A stretch of DNA of 64,000 nt, taken from positions 38,998,001 through 39,062,000 of the forward strand of contig OX597826.1 in the NCBI GenBank assembly GCA_951406725.2, written 5' to 3'. Origin of the DNA: Octopus vulgaris (lineage: Eukaryota). The notes under the pieces were generated by a model. The model was not told the DNA's origin and did no database searches. It was given only the letters and a program-made list of their open reading frames with translations. A program made the translations under genes and the position numbers. Below are positions 28,396 to 39,089 of the stretch, piece after piece (the stretch's first letter is position 1; each line of letters opens with the position of its first letter).

Positions 28396-29867
28396 GGGAT
28401 AATGCTTCAGGTTCTGAAGAAAAAGTGGAGCCGGTTGATGGTAGACCTAAAAAACCTTTGAAGGGGGATCTTGAAGTTGAAAAAGTAAGTTGAAAATGCT
28501 GTTACAGAATTCTCTCAGCACTTATTCAAATAATGTTTTTTCCAGTACACTTCATATCAATATAGCTCTTGCATGATCAGTGAACTCTTATAATACCTAT
28601 TTTTAAGTGATAATTAAGTAAACTTCATGGTTTCTCTTAATGACTTAGCTATTTTCATTTTTTAGATAAGTGAATGATTAGGCCGTTTGGAGAAAGCACT
28701 TGATTTTACATTACTTTAACTGATGTTTTAGAAAGCTCAACTTAAATTCTCAACTGATAGAAATAACATTTTTTGTGTCTCATTAACTTTTTAATGCCTT
28801 AGGAACTGGAGTTCAGCACCATCTCCATAAAAACTTGTGATTTATATATGACAATCCTAATGCTCTCATCTGTATTTTCAAATTTGCTTTTTAAAATTCA
28901 TGACTTCATGGTGTTTTTCACATTTTAGTAACTAGCAAGAACACATGTTGCTATGACAGTATATTTTACACACCTTCACATACAAAAAAACTGTGACCTC
29001 AGTTATAAGTCTAATTGCTGCCAATGTACTAAAACTTGTGTCAGCTCAGTTTGTGTGGATATTATTATTATTTGTAAGTGAATGATTGATCATAGCACCT
29101 TGCTAAGAAATAATTCACTTGTTTGTGTGTTATTTATATCTCCTTGTGATTGTTTCTCTTCAATAACTGTAGTCCTTGATAAGACAAAGAATATTGAAAT
29201 ATCTTTTCACAGAAAACAGATGCTGCTGAAAGTGCAGATGATGATGAAACACCCAGGTAAATGGAAGATTTCTTTAATAACAGTAATTAAGGGATTGAAT
29301 AATTGTAATTAAATGATTGTTGCATTTCTTGTGACTAGAATATATAAGGGGGATGTTAACAACCTCAATCTTGCTGATCTCAAAAGCATTGGACATTGCT
29401 CCTTTATTCAGACCTAACAAAACAAGCAACAAATATTTAATCATACGATGATATACTAAATGTTCCTTATTCATTTTGGATATTACCTAGACAATGATGA
29501 CTTTCAGTGAAGCTACAGTATTGGAAGGAGGTCAGTTAGTCTGCCTTTTTTCAACAATGCTCCACACATAGTAGTCCATGGAATTAAAATTTGTTTCAAC
29601 TCATGAATTCACAAAAAGAATTGTGCTAACCAGATACAAAAATAGTTTTCTATATATTTGGATTATATTAACATTTATTTTTCTAATAGAATACTCTTTA
29701 CTTGTTTGTCATTTGACTGTGGCCATGCTAGACTGGAGCACCACCTTTAGACGAGCAAATTGACCCCAAGGCTTATTCTTTGTAAGCCTAGTACTTATTC
29801 TACCGGTTTCTTTTGCGGAACCGCTAAGTTACTGGGGTGTAAACACACTAGCGTGTGTGTGTGTGTG

Positions 29868-29920
<53 letters not shown>

Positions 29921-31492
29921 TCATATATACAACAGGCTTCTTTCAGTTTCTGTCTACCGAATCCACTCACAAGGCTTTGGTCAGCCCGAAGCTATAGTAG
30001 AAGACACTTTCCCAAGGTGCCACGCAGTGGGACTGAACTTGGAACCATGTGGTTTGTAAGCAAGCTACTTACCACACGGCCACTCCTATAAGAGAGATTT
30101 TTTTTGCCTGTTTTTTTTTTTTTTTTTGGAAGCACTCCGTCAGTTACGACGATGAGGGTTCCGGTTGATCCGAATCAACGGAACAGTCTGCTCGTGAAAT
30201 TAACGTGTAAGTGGCTGAGCACTCCACAGACACGTGCACCCTTAACGTAGTTCTCGGGGATATTCAGCGTGACACAGAGAGTGACAAGGCCGGCCCCTTG
30301 AAATACAGGTACAACAGAAACAGGAAGTAAGAGTGAGAGAAAGTTGTGGTGAAAGAGTACAGCAGGGATTACCACCATCCCCTGCCAGAGCCTCGTGGAG
30401 CTTTTAGGTGTTTTCGCTCAATAAACACTCACAACGCCCGGTCTGGGAATCGAAACCGCGATCCTATGACCGCGAGTCCGCTGCCCTAACCACTGGGCCA
30501 TTGCGCCTCCACTTTTTGCCTGTAAATGTGTATTGAAAAGGAACTGATTCCATGGTCACCACAGGCATGTAGAACATGCATACATATATTATTACATTCA
30601 GCTTTGTTTTATTTCTCAATAGTATTATATACTATTGAGTATCAAAAATAGTGTACATTTACAAGATGCACTAGAATAGTGTCTGTGACCATGGTATAAA
30701 TGTTTGATATTTTTTAGCACTTTACATGTAATTACAAGAGTGTACAAAAGTAAATGAAGCATTTTAAGTTTGCCTTTTCCATGCTAATGTAGATGAGATG
30801 AGTCACCTCTGATGCTGGATGATCTCAAACTACTTGATAGCCTGGGCTGGGTACATTTTATGTCACTAGCACTAGTTAGTAGTAGGTTTAACAAGTCACC
30901 TCTACCTTGTGTTAGTGCTTTCTGTTACAACTTGCCTGTATGTGTCTCTTCCAGTGGGTGGGAGTGCATGGTAGAGCTAGGGAAGTTACATTGGTGGTTT
31001 GAAGTGGTTGATAGTAAAGCTCTCCATTGTGCAAAGCAAAAGAGTTATTTGTTAAAGGAACTTATTATCAACTGGCAGCTGAGCCCAGTTTGTTCAAGTT
31101 CAGTGGTGGGAGGTTGGAGAGATGATATATTGACTAGTTATGGTCGTCATTGATGTTTGAAGCTTTAGAAAATATCAATCATAATGAGATATGGGAGTGT
31201 ATAAATTTTATAAATAATGCTGAAATATATTATAATGATAATTTTTTTATCTAAATGAAGAATCAGTTCTCATTCTGAATGAATGGCTACAATGTGTGTT
31301 TTAATCGCTATCATGACTACTTTTAATAGTTTCTTCTGAAACTTTTTGTTAATGGACATTTAGACTCTATTAACATTCCAGTTTTAATGAAATGAAAATT
31401 TTCTTAACAAAATTTCAATATTCTCCAATTGTTTTTGTTTCTTTTTCTCTTTTATTTTCTTCTGTAGAAGACGGCGTTCAAGAAAAGATTAA
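1917..31492 (+). CDS. CANX: Calnexin gene span (5'-partial). 15 coding exons per isoform in this window, counting one of the two alternative TM exons
   Basis: Spliced translation gives [25 protein letters not shown]-domain repeats (IxDPxAxKPxDWD, GxWxxPxIxNPxY), GLELWSM, PWLW-TM-CC, an acidic tail and C-terminal [10 protein letters not shown]. All introns are GT-AG with matching phases. Confidence 0.97.
3148..3195 (+). CDS. CANX: Calnexin exon: [16 protein letters not shown]
   Basis: tttcag / gtaagt, conserved [10 protein letters not shown], phase 0-0. Confidence 0.95.
4050..4730 (-). mobile_element. Degenerate Ty3/gypsy integrase remnant
   Basis: LHVDYA...[12 protein letters not shown] integrase-core motif in ORF 4259..4462, frameshifted. 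Confidence 0.6.
5098..5173 (+). CDS. CANX: Calnexin exon: [25 protein letters not shown]
   Basis: ttctag / gtaagt, EKHAK and [10 protein letters not shown] motifs, phase 0-1. Confidence 0.95.
5500..6490 (+). mobile_element. RTE-clade LINE 3' fragment: ORF end, tandem-repeat 3' UTR and (ATG)n tail
   Basis: YGSETWA, IRWMCNV and GRPRKTW motifs with stops. Confidence 0.8.
5990..6345 (+). repeat. About 60-bp minisatellite, about 5-6 degenerate units, in the RTE 3' UTR
   Basis: Recurring gatgccag..cctgactggc..ctgtgccagtggcacgtaaaaagcaccatcc. Confidence 0.8.
7480..8635 (-). mobile_element. Degenerate RTE-clade LINE reverse-transcriptase fragment
   Basis: Minus-strand remnants [26 protein letters not shown] and a YADD-like motif. 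Confidence 0.7.
10134..10212 (+). CDS. CANX: Calnexin exon: (I)[25 protein letters not shown]
   Basis: ttacag / gtaagt, NPDNxF and GNLLxDM motifs, phase 1-2. Confidence 0.95.
10400..11224 (-). mobile_element. pogo-type DNA transposon remnant (N-terminal HTH region and left TIR)
   Basis: ORF 10447..10728 ([14 protein letters not shown]...ARTFGI...EWRK...LENDVAEWV). Minus-strand terminus TACCGTATATTCCCATGTATAAAACGAC. Confidence 0.7.
11546..11620 (+). CDS. CANX: Calnexin exon: (T)[24 protein letters not shown]
   Basis: ttatag / gtaagt, first P-domain repeat, phase 2-2. Confidence 0.95.
11980..12015 (+). CDS. CANX: Calnexin 36-nt exon: (K)[11 protein letters not shown](W)
   Basis: tttcag / gtaaaa, type-1 P-repeat, phase 2-2. 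Confidence 0.93.
12880..13290 (+). mobile_element. RTE LINE 3' ORF fragment
   Basis: HGSETWAL and LYWMCNVSV, homologous to 5500-5880. Confidence 0.7.
14112..14265. repeat. Compound (TG)/(TA)/(CA) microsatellite
   Basis: Directly visible. Confidence 0.95.
16941..17054 (+). CDS. CANX: Calnexin exon: [37 protein letters not shown](W)
   Basis: cttcag / gtatgt, P-domain repeats, phase 2-2. Confidence 0.96.
17883..17923 (+). CDS. CANX: Calnexin exon: [13 protein letters not shown]
   Basis: atatag / gtaagt, P-domain tip DMDGEWEAP, phase 2-1. Confidence 0.95.
18115..18230 (+). CDS. CANX: Calnexin exon: (S)[38 protein letters not shown]
   Basis: atttag / gtaatt, CxxAPGCG disulfide loop and type-2 repeats, phase 1-0. 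Confidence 0.96.
19420..20120 (-). mobile_element. Degenerate RTE LINE fragment
   Basis: Similar to 7480-8100 (same strand) and reverse-similar to 5500-5880. Confidence 0.55.
20535..20609 (+). CDS. CANX: Calnexin exon: [25 protein letters not shown]
   Basis: ctttag / gtaagt, GxWKPRxIPNPDxFED, phase 0-0. Confidence 0.96.
21498..21644 (+). CDS. CANX: Calnexin exon: [23 protein letters not shown]...QEKSSISG
   Basis: tttcag / gtaagt, GLELWSM and FDN motifs, phase 0-0. Confidence 0.96.
24063..24900 (+). mobile_element. Tc1/mariner (maT/DD37D-like) transposon, internally deleted
   Basis: [16 protein letters not shown] and [13 protein letters not shown] (D-D spacing 36 in this copy). Imperfect TIRs agggtgcactgggtaaat / tttattcactgcactct. 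Confidence 0.8.
24897..24960. repeat. (CT)n(AT)n microsatellite
   Basis: Directly visible. Confidence 0.95.
25617..25745 (+). CDS. CANX: Calnexin TM exon A (canonical): [43 protein letters not shown]
   Basis: tttcag / gtaagc, 129 nt, phase 0-0, ERPWLW plus hydrophobic helix plus juxtamembrane CC. Confidence 0.95.
26085..26231 (+). CDS. CANX: Calnexin TM exon B (paralogous, putative alternative): [49 protein letters not shown]
   Basis: ttttctgtatacag acceptor, gag|gtagtt donor, 147 nt open, phase 0-0. AAExxPWL, mid-helix Pro and TM helix align with exon A. Confidence 0.8.
27646..27866. mobile_element. piggyBac-type MITE
   Basis: 12-bp TIR CCCTTTAGTGTT / AACACTAAAGGG flanked by TTAA on both sides (27642-27645, 27867-27870). 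Confidence 0.85.
28200..28484 (+). CDS. CANX: Calnexin cytosolic-tail exon: [16 protein letters not shown]...(poly-E)...GDLEVEK
   Basis: ttcaag / gtaagt, KKTDAPxPD motif of calnexins, acidic tract, phase 0-0. Confidence 0.93.
29213..29256 (+). CDS. CANX: Calnexin exon: [14 protein letters not shown](R)
   Basis: tcacag / gtaaat, phase 0-2, joins the tail exon to the terminal exon in frame. Confidence 0.85.
29693..30090 (-). mobile_element. tRNA-derived SINE family A (octopus-type) with internal microsatellite
   Basis: Head aggagtggccgtgtggtaagtagcttgct...gttccaagttcagtccc (A/B box-like), many copies in the window. Confidence 0.85.
30111..30512 (-). mobile_element. Young tRNA-derived SINE family B with poly(A) tail and TSD tttttgcctg
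   Basis: A box tggcccagtgg, B box ggtttcgattcc, TSD 30101-30110 and 30513-30522, near-identical to 60689-61066. Confidence 0.9.
31468..31492 (+). CDS. CANX: Calnexin terminal coding exon: (R)RRRSRKD*
   Basis: Long pyrimidine tract plus ctgtag. The basic C-terminus resembles the vertebrate SPRNRKPRRE ER-retention end. TAA at 31490-31492. Confidence 0.9.
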
Positions 31493-32870
31493 CATGTAGC
31501 AAAAGTATTTTCATTTCCATCCAGCCATCAACTTAAATGGAACTGAAATGGTACTTCAAAAATTGTAGCCACTTTCAGTTAAAAGAGCAATTCATTTGTG
31601 GTGTGAGTTAAAATAAAATTGATTGTATGTGTGCATGCATGTATGTATGTATGTGTGTGTGTGTGCGTGTATATATATATATGTATATGTATATATATAT
31701 AAAATTCAACAAGAACAAGTCTTTTTCTAGATGGTCAACCCAATATTTCAAGTATATAAAAAAATTTTTTAAAAATTGCAAATTACAGTTAATCAACAGA
31801 TTATTGTATGGGAAAACCAGGATGGGTTTTCTGTTGAAGCCTTCTGTTAGGCAGGTTTGGCGGGATTTCGTCATAATAGCAAAAAATTCTAAGTTCTTTA
31901 CTATTTCTACAAGCCATTTAATTTAAAACATATATACCAATGGCTTATATTACATACATACACATATACACACACATGCAAATACATATATGCATACAAA
32001 GACACCCACACATATATGAACACACATGTGTGTGAATCTTTTTCACAAACTTATGAGTTTATTTTGAAAAAAATGTGTTTAGAAAAAAATGAGGCTAATT
32101 GTATAATTTTTTTTTTTTTACTTAGAATTAGTGAAATAAAACTTACTTTCATTGTTTTAGAAACAAGCCAAAACTATTAAGGCTGTCTAGATTTCAATCC
32201 TGGCTGAACTGCAACACTTTTCTGTATTTTCATGTTTTATTTTTATTAATTTTCCTTTTCTTTTTTAATAATGGATGTGTGTTAAATAAAAATTGAGTGA
32301 AAGAGAAGACACTTGTAGACACATTAACATGTATAAATACTCCATTAACCATAAAACCTTGGTGATTTTCAAGTTTTTTCCTCCCATTCCCATCTGCATG
32401 TGTTCATAAATGTTTGAGTACATGTTAATTTAGAAATGTGTGTATGCATTATATATTGTTTGTATTTTTGCCGTACAAAGTGAAGGGTACTCTATATTGT
32501 TGAAATAACTAATAGACACATATTTTTAAGTTCACTGTCATCCATGAATTTTTCAGATGGCATGTTAATGAAGAAAGTGCTCTTCATTGAAATGTCAAGG
32601 AAGTCCTGTTGATACAAAACTTTAAATAATGGCACAATAGATATTCAACTTAAATATATTTTCAAAAATGAATATAACATTGTTTTGCAAGATTTAATGG
32701 AAAAATACAAAATCTTCATTATAGCCATTGAAAAGTTTTTTTTAGAGTCATAGTAAAACCTTCTCTGAATAATAGTTAGCATTATTGAGTTGTGAATATT
32801 TTTAATCTGTTGGCACTAGTTTTGTTACTTGTGATTATTTTCCAAATAAACCAACATAAACTTGACACCA
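31493..32870 (+). other. Probable calnexin 3' UTR with several AATAAA signals (31612, 32135, 32285, 32845)
   Basis: AT-rich, TE-poor stretch after the stop with AATAAA hexamers. The true end is unknown. Confidence 0.5.
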
Positions 32871-33599
32871 ATGTTTGTTTAAAAGATAAAGCCTGTGTGC
32901 ATTCAACTTTTGAAAGACTTTTCGTGCTTGCTCTCCACTTTATTATAAACAGGTTCCATTACACCATACATTCATGGTTGGCAATCATGCAAAGACATCT
33001 AAAAAGGATCTTTAAAAAAAAATCAACTTCAGCAAGAAAACCCAATGCAAACAAGCTGTTTTTCTAATTTTATTATTTATATTTTCTTCATATAATGTAT
33101 GAGAAAATTTAATGGTTATAGTTGTTAATTTGTTATTGATATTGTTGTTATTAATAATAGATGCAGAAAGACTGTCCAGAATTTCATTTTTTGTGTGTGT
33201 ATATACATGTGTATGTGTGCGTGCGTGTGTGTGTGTGTATGTGTGTATATATATATATATATGTATATATTAATATATATATGTATACACACACGTACCC
33301 ACATTCATTCTTTCTATGAAATGTATTAAAATTCTTTCATCTGCTCTAAACAATGTATTTATTGTTTCTGATTTAGGCACGGAGCCAGTAATTTTCAGGG
33401 GAGGTGTTTAATCAATAACATCAACCCTAGTACTCCACCTCTGAGGAATGAAAGACAAAGTTGGCCTTGGTGGCTTCTGAGCTAAGAAAGTAAAGAACCA
33501 GAACAGTGCAAGACATTATTTTCTCAAACCTTCACCGATTCTGCCTCTATGCCACTTTTATAAATTCTGTTTAATAAGCAAACTATATACGACCCGCTA

Positions 33600-34200
33600 C
33601 CACCACCACCACCAGTTTGAACCATCTGGGGTTGATGAAACCTTACTTTGCATCTAATAGTAGCAAACCACTGGTCTGCCCCTTTTATCCAGATGCCTTT
33701 TCTGCAGTTTCAGTGATTGAATTTATAGCTCTTCTCTCCAAGCCCTCTCAGAGCTTTGCAGAATGACCACCTATTATTGCCCACTTCTATTGCCTTGCAA
33801 TATGCTTTCCAGCTCTGCACTACCAGCTCCTGATATTTGGCAAGCTTTATCCTTGTGTTCCTCCCAGAACGCAATTATTCCTGGACAGAGTGTTGGTATG
33901 ATGTGGTCTGGGAGCCATAACTGTTCCACATGATCCACTCTCAGCTGCCAGTCTGGGGCTGTTGAAAGTAAGCATGATGGTTGTTGAAGTTTCAGTGAAT
34001 TGGAATACTTTTTACCTCTGAGCAAAGTGATGGCCTCTTTCTTGGGATGGTATTTACTTGACTGAATGGCTATTGACATCACCTCCAAATCAGCTTTGAA
34101 CACCTGGCCATTTTGTCAGTGGTAATGGCTATCAACTAAGGCTCTGGTGCAAGCTGCTGAAAGGACAGGCTGTTGTTTCACTACTGCCCTATGTATGAAG
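33600..34200 (-). mobile_element. RLE-type (NeSL/Hero-like) non-LTR retrotransposon C-terminal remnant
   Basis: PDHI...FWEE...IEVG-like restriction-like endonuclease remnants, frameshifted. Confidence 0.45.
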
Positions 34201-34213
34201 GTTGTTGGACTTG

Positions 34214-34247
<34 letters not shown>

Positions 34248-34612
34248 TTTTTTTTTTCTAGTTTCAGCTCAGAGCTGCGGCCATGCTGATGCACCGCCGT
34301 TTAATATATAATTTAATAACAGTTTGATTCAGCTGTAGGCAATGTAAAGTTTTATAGGTTCATTCATTGACCCTAACTTGTCGGGCACGGTGGTCTGAAT
34401 GCAGAAGATTCTAGGTGACTTCTGTATGTTGTACTGCTATTGGTCAACATGAGTCATATGGTGTTACTAACGTAGTGTTATTGACATAGATGCAACAATT
34501 AGAAACTGAGTTCCTGGCCTATATGGTCAGACAGAATGTTGGTGGTGATTGCCTGTCTAGGAAGTGGAAGCATCTGCAAATCATTGGTATGAGCATCTGA
34601 CACATGTATGTA

Positions 34613-35877
34613 CGAGGAGGTACCCATAAGTAACTGGAAACATTCTGTGTGGGACAAAGCCCATTATGGTTCAGACTTCTGCCACTAGAAGCCAGATGCA
34701 ACCCTCAGCATCAGTCTGCTGACTGGCATCATTGCTTAGAGTCCAATGTGGTGCATCTTTGTTTTGCAGTATTTCTCCCCTGGTCATCAATTTTTGTTAT
34801 GGCTGAAATGAATAAACAGCATGCTTTCATGAAATTCTGTTTTCTGCTTGGGAAAACGGTGGCTGAAACAGTTGTCATGCCTCAAACAGCTTACAAAGAT
34901 GCTATCATGAGCAAAACGCAAGTTTACGAGTGGTTTTCATGCTTTAGTCGTTCAGAGCGACTGTTGAGCTCCTGAACGAATGAAAGCATCACGATAATTC
35001 ATGAACTGATCTTGGAGGACCATTACTGAACAATTAATGAATTTGTTGATATGACTGGTGTATCCTGGAGCTCTTGCCACTGAATTTTGAGTGAAGAATT
35101 GCAAATCAAAAAAGGTGCAGTGAAATTTGTGCTTTGCTTATTCACAGAAGATCAAAGCAGTCATGACTGACTGTGTGTCATGAACTGAAAGAACAGTTAG
35201 GAGTTGATCCAGACCCACTGGTCATCACTGGTGATGAAAGCTGGTGCTATGGCTACAATCCGGAAACAAAGCGGCAATGAAGTCAATGGAAGCATTCGAT
35301 GTCACCATGTCCCAAAAAAGCACATCAAGTGAAGTCCAATGTCAAGATGATGCTGATTTGTTTCATCGATGTGAAAGGAATTGTCCACACAGAATTTATT
35401 CCTCCTGTTCAAACTGTTAATTAGACATTTTACTTAGCAGTTCTGAAGCATTTGCAAGACATCGTGAGACAAAAACGCCCCGACATGTGGCAAAGTGGAG
35501 AGCGATGGTTTCATCATGACAATGTACCTGTGCACACCACCTTGAGTGTGAGACAGTTTTTGACCAAAAATTGCATGACTCTTCTCCATTCACCTGATCT
35601 TGCTCATTGTGATTTTTTTTTGTTTCCCCAAATGAAAAAAGTCCTTAAAGGAAAATGTTTTGCAGATGTGGAAGAGTTTGAAGAAAAAAAAAAACGACGG
35701 AGGGGTTAAAAACATTACTTCACAAGAGTTCCAGGACTACTTTGAACAATGGGAAACACATCCGGACCAACACATTGCTTCAGATGGAGAATACTTTGAA
35801 GTCAGTAGAAGTGCAAACGTGTAAAACAAAGTGAATAAAATAATGCAAAATTCCGATTTCTGTTGGATACCCTCTTG
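34613..35877 (+). mobile_element. Full-length but decayed mariner element (about 1.27 kb, irritans-like)
   Basis: TA on both sides, imperfect TIRs cgaggaggtacccataagtaactggaa / ttccgatttctgttggataccctcttg, motifs KFCFLLGK, TGDESWCYGY, HHDN, SPDLAHCDFFLFP, many stops. Confidence 0.9.
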
Positions 35878-36016
35878 TATGTATGTGTTTGTGTGTGATA
35901 TTTCTGGAGTGTACACATGAGACTGCATGTACTGATGTGTTATATTTGTTGCCATACATTGGTGAGAGCATTTTGGAGGGCCTAACCAGAATTATGATGG
36001 TGTGTGTGTATGTAGA

Positions 36017-36364
36017 TTCTTTTACTTGTTTCAGTCATTTGACTGTGGCCATGCTGGAGCACCGCCTTTAGTCAAACAAATCAACCCCAGTACTTATTCT
36101 AATGGTCTCTTTTGTCGAACTGTTAAGTTATGGGGATGTAAACACATCAATGTTGGTTGTCAAGTGATAGTGGGTGGAGGACAAATACAGACACATATAC
36201 AACAGGCTTCTTTCAGTTTCCATCTACCAAATCTATTCACAAGGCTTTGGTCAGCCTGAGGCTGTAGTAGAAGACACCTGCCCAAGGAGCCACACCATGG
36301 GGTTGAACCTGGAACCATGTGGTTGGGAAGCAAGCTTCTTATCATGTAGCTACGCCTGTTCCTA
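36017..36364 (-). mobile_element. SINE family A
   Basis: Homology to 29693-30090. Confidence 0.85.
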
Positions 36365-36399
36365 TATATATATATATATATATTTTCGAAAAAGTTTAT

Positions 36400-36435
<36 letters not shown>

Positions 36436-36859
36436 AATAGGATAAAATTTTTCTAAAAAAATTTTATCGATGGCCAGCATATTAAAAAATACCTTTAAAG
36501 GTTAAATTTATAAACAAGGGCAAAAGAAAAAAATTCTAATGCCGAAAATAGACAAATTCGGCATATTTGCCATTAGAATTTTTTTCTTTCACCCTTGTTT
36601 ATAAGTTATATATATATATACACATACAGAGATAGTCCAAATAAAATTGATAAAAAAGAAAAATGACAAATGTGAAGACTTGCATAAGAAGTATATTAGC
36701 TTGGTGAAAGAAGATAATTTAATGTTTCGAGCATAGCTCTTTATCAGAAAGGAGAAAAGGGAAAATCCAAAGGAGAAGAAATTGCCAACAGTTCATTTAG
36801 TTACACTGCAACTGACTGATCTGCTTGGGGAAGCTTGTTTATACAGGTAGGTGAGCTTA

Positions 36860-38290
36860 AGTACCTTACTCCTGTGTATGGTTTATCCAGATTATCAGCT
36901 GCTTGAAGTTTACTTGTATAATGTATATATGGTGGCAACAATATGATAGCTCATTCTTTCTGTTGGTAGAAAATATGCGGTCTTTCATAGAGGCATAGTT
37001 GGCAATTGCAAGTTCTGTGTGAATAGGGCAGGGGCCTATCAGTAATGTTCCATTCAATGTTGAGGTGGTCGTTACAATGGTTGCAGAGTCTCCAGATGAA
37101 GCATAACAGGAAGTTAAGAATTTTCCCTATCCCTATATCTAAGGGAGTGCATATGCTGTGTATACCTTCCCTTGAAGTTGTCTGTCATGCCCGTATCTTG
37201 TGTTACTGTCGGACAATGTGAGTGACTGTAGACCACAGCTCTTGAAGGGCAGGATCCTCCCAGAGGGTAATTATTAGGGTTCTGGTAGTTATAGGTTAGG
37301 GGACTATATGGGTGTGTTTGCATCTTTTGTGCCATGCAATGTTGTCAAAACAGGAGTAGCTAACCTCAACATTGTAAAAGTTGAGGAGCATAGGAAATGT
37401 TTCTTAGTCAACAACAGGAAACTCCGAGCTATGTTGATGGAAATTTCAAAGTTAAAAGCAGGATTTAGCCATGTTTTATTTCTCTCTCTCGTTATCTTTG
37501 GATGCAGGGGTGGGGGAGACTTCTCTGTATTAACTCCTCACTAATTCTTTGTTGTAATTAGGGGTAGCCTTGTTGAAGATCCCACTGTCTGCAGAAAATT
37601 TAGAAATTGTTTTGCTATTTCCAGATAAGTTTCTAATTACAGGGAGAGCTTTTACAGTTTCTTGTATGGGTAGTACTTATCAGTTACCAGGTAAGGGTTA
37701 TGGCCAGGAAGTCAGTCTTTGTCAAGTTGGTAGAAACTGTTATGGATACTCTCTCTTTAACTCTTTAACTTGTTTCAGTCATTTGACTGCGGCCATGCTG
37801 GAGCACCGCCTTTAGTCGAGCAATTATTCTTTGTAAGCCCAGTACTTATTCTATCGGTCTCTTTTGCCGAACCGCTAAGTGACGGGGACGTAAACACCAG
37901 CATCGGTTGTCAAGCGATAGTCGAGGGACAGACACACAAACATATACATACACATACATACATATATACAACAGGCTTCTTTCAGTTTCCGTCTACCAAA
38001 TCCACTCACAAGGCATTGGTCGGCCTGAGGCTATAGCAGAAGACACTTGCCCAAGATGCCACGCAGTGGGACTGAACCCAGAACCATGTGGTTGGTAGGC
38101 AAGCTACTTACCACAAATTCTTTGAAGATTTTTATGAGGTCCTTCCTGAACTTGTCCATAGCATAACTTTTCATATAGTTTGAGATTTCCAGGCTGGTGC
38201 ATGTGCTTCCTTAAGTTATCCAAGATAACTCAATGAGATCAGTGAATTTGGTGCCTTCATAGCTCTCCATAGGTACATTGAACTGGAAGT
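36860..38290 (-). mobile_element. Penelope-like element remnant (RT C-part plus GIY-YIG), interrupted by a SINE
   Basis: KFRKDLIKIFKEF|VSITVSTNLTKTDFL continues across the SINE. PLGGSC..AVVY...GMTDNFKGRY..H..SLR is a GIY-YIG remnant. Confidence 0.7.
37750..38115 (-). mobile_element. SINE family A nested in the Penelope-like element
   Basis: Homology to other family A copies. Confidence 0.85.
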
Positions 38291-39089
38291 CACCTTTTTT
38301 TAACCCTGTAAGAATGGTCATGAATCAAGACACTTTCTAGCATTTGTGATGATTCTGACATCAAGGTCACTGCTGTTGGTGAATTGCCTGCTAATACCTA
38401 AATCCTTCAGAAGAAAGGATTTCAACAATACATGGTAGAAATAGACAATGTCAAACTGAATAAATCTGCTGGCTGCTTTATTCTCGATGCTGTGGAACCA
38501 GTTAAATACTACAGTAGTACAATCCCATTGGATCAGCCCTATGGCCCTTCTAATATTGGAGTTGATAGCATCAGGAATATGCTAACTAACAATACCTGTC
38601 TTACTCTTAGGATAACTTGCACTTGGGATTAGAGAGGCAACTGGGGTTATGATCCTTAAGCTTAAGAGGGTTCCTTATATTTAACAGAATGGTTAGCTCT
38701 TTTGCTTCAGTGTTTGTCAACATTTCTACCAGCTGAAGTGCAGTGATCATTATCGTTAACACAAACTTGAAGGCCTGCATGTGAGTCTCCATAAATGTAT
38801 CATTCAATATAGTCCTCTGTTTCTGACAGTACTGAAGTCTACTTTTTTTCCCCCTCACATGCAGTTTGTCAATATATGCATATGAAAGAGAGAGAAAGAT
38901 AATGTAGACATATATGCACAAACATATGTAAATATTTAATAGCAATATGCATGACACTAACAGAAGCATGTATGACTACTGACATGTAGATGTTGAGATG
39001 ATAGGAGAGAAAGAACTCGTGATGAAGTTGAAGTGTGGAAAATGTAGTCTTGTCACACTCAAACTTGGTTTGTGGCAAACTGATATTAC

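Noticed and set aside
30175-30378. Near-identical ORF pair [13 protein letters not shown] (also 60765..61016)
   Set aside because: Incidental frames inside young SINE copies, not a gene family.
30430-30512. tRNA-like sequence (also 60689-60760)
   Set aside because: SINE head continuing into a SINE body with TSDs; no proper acceptor stem.
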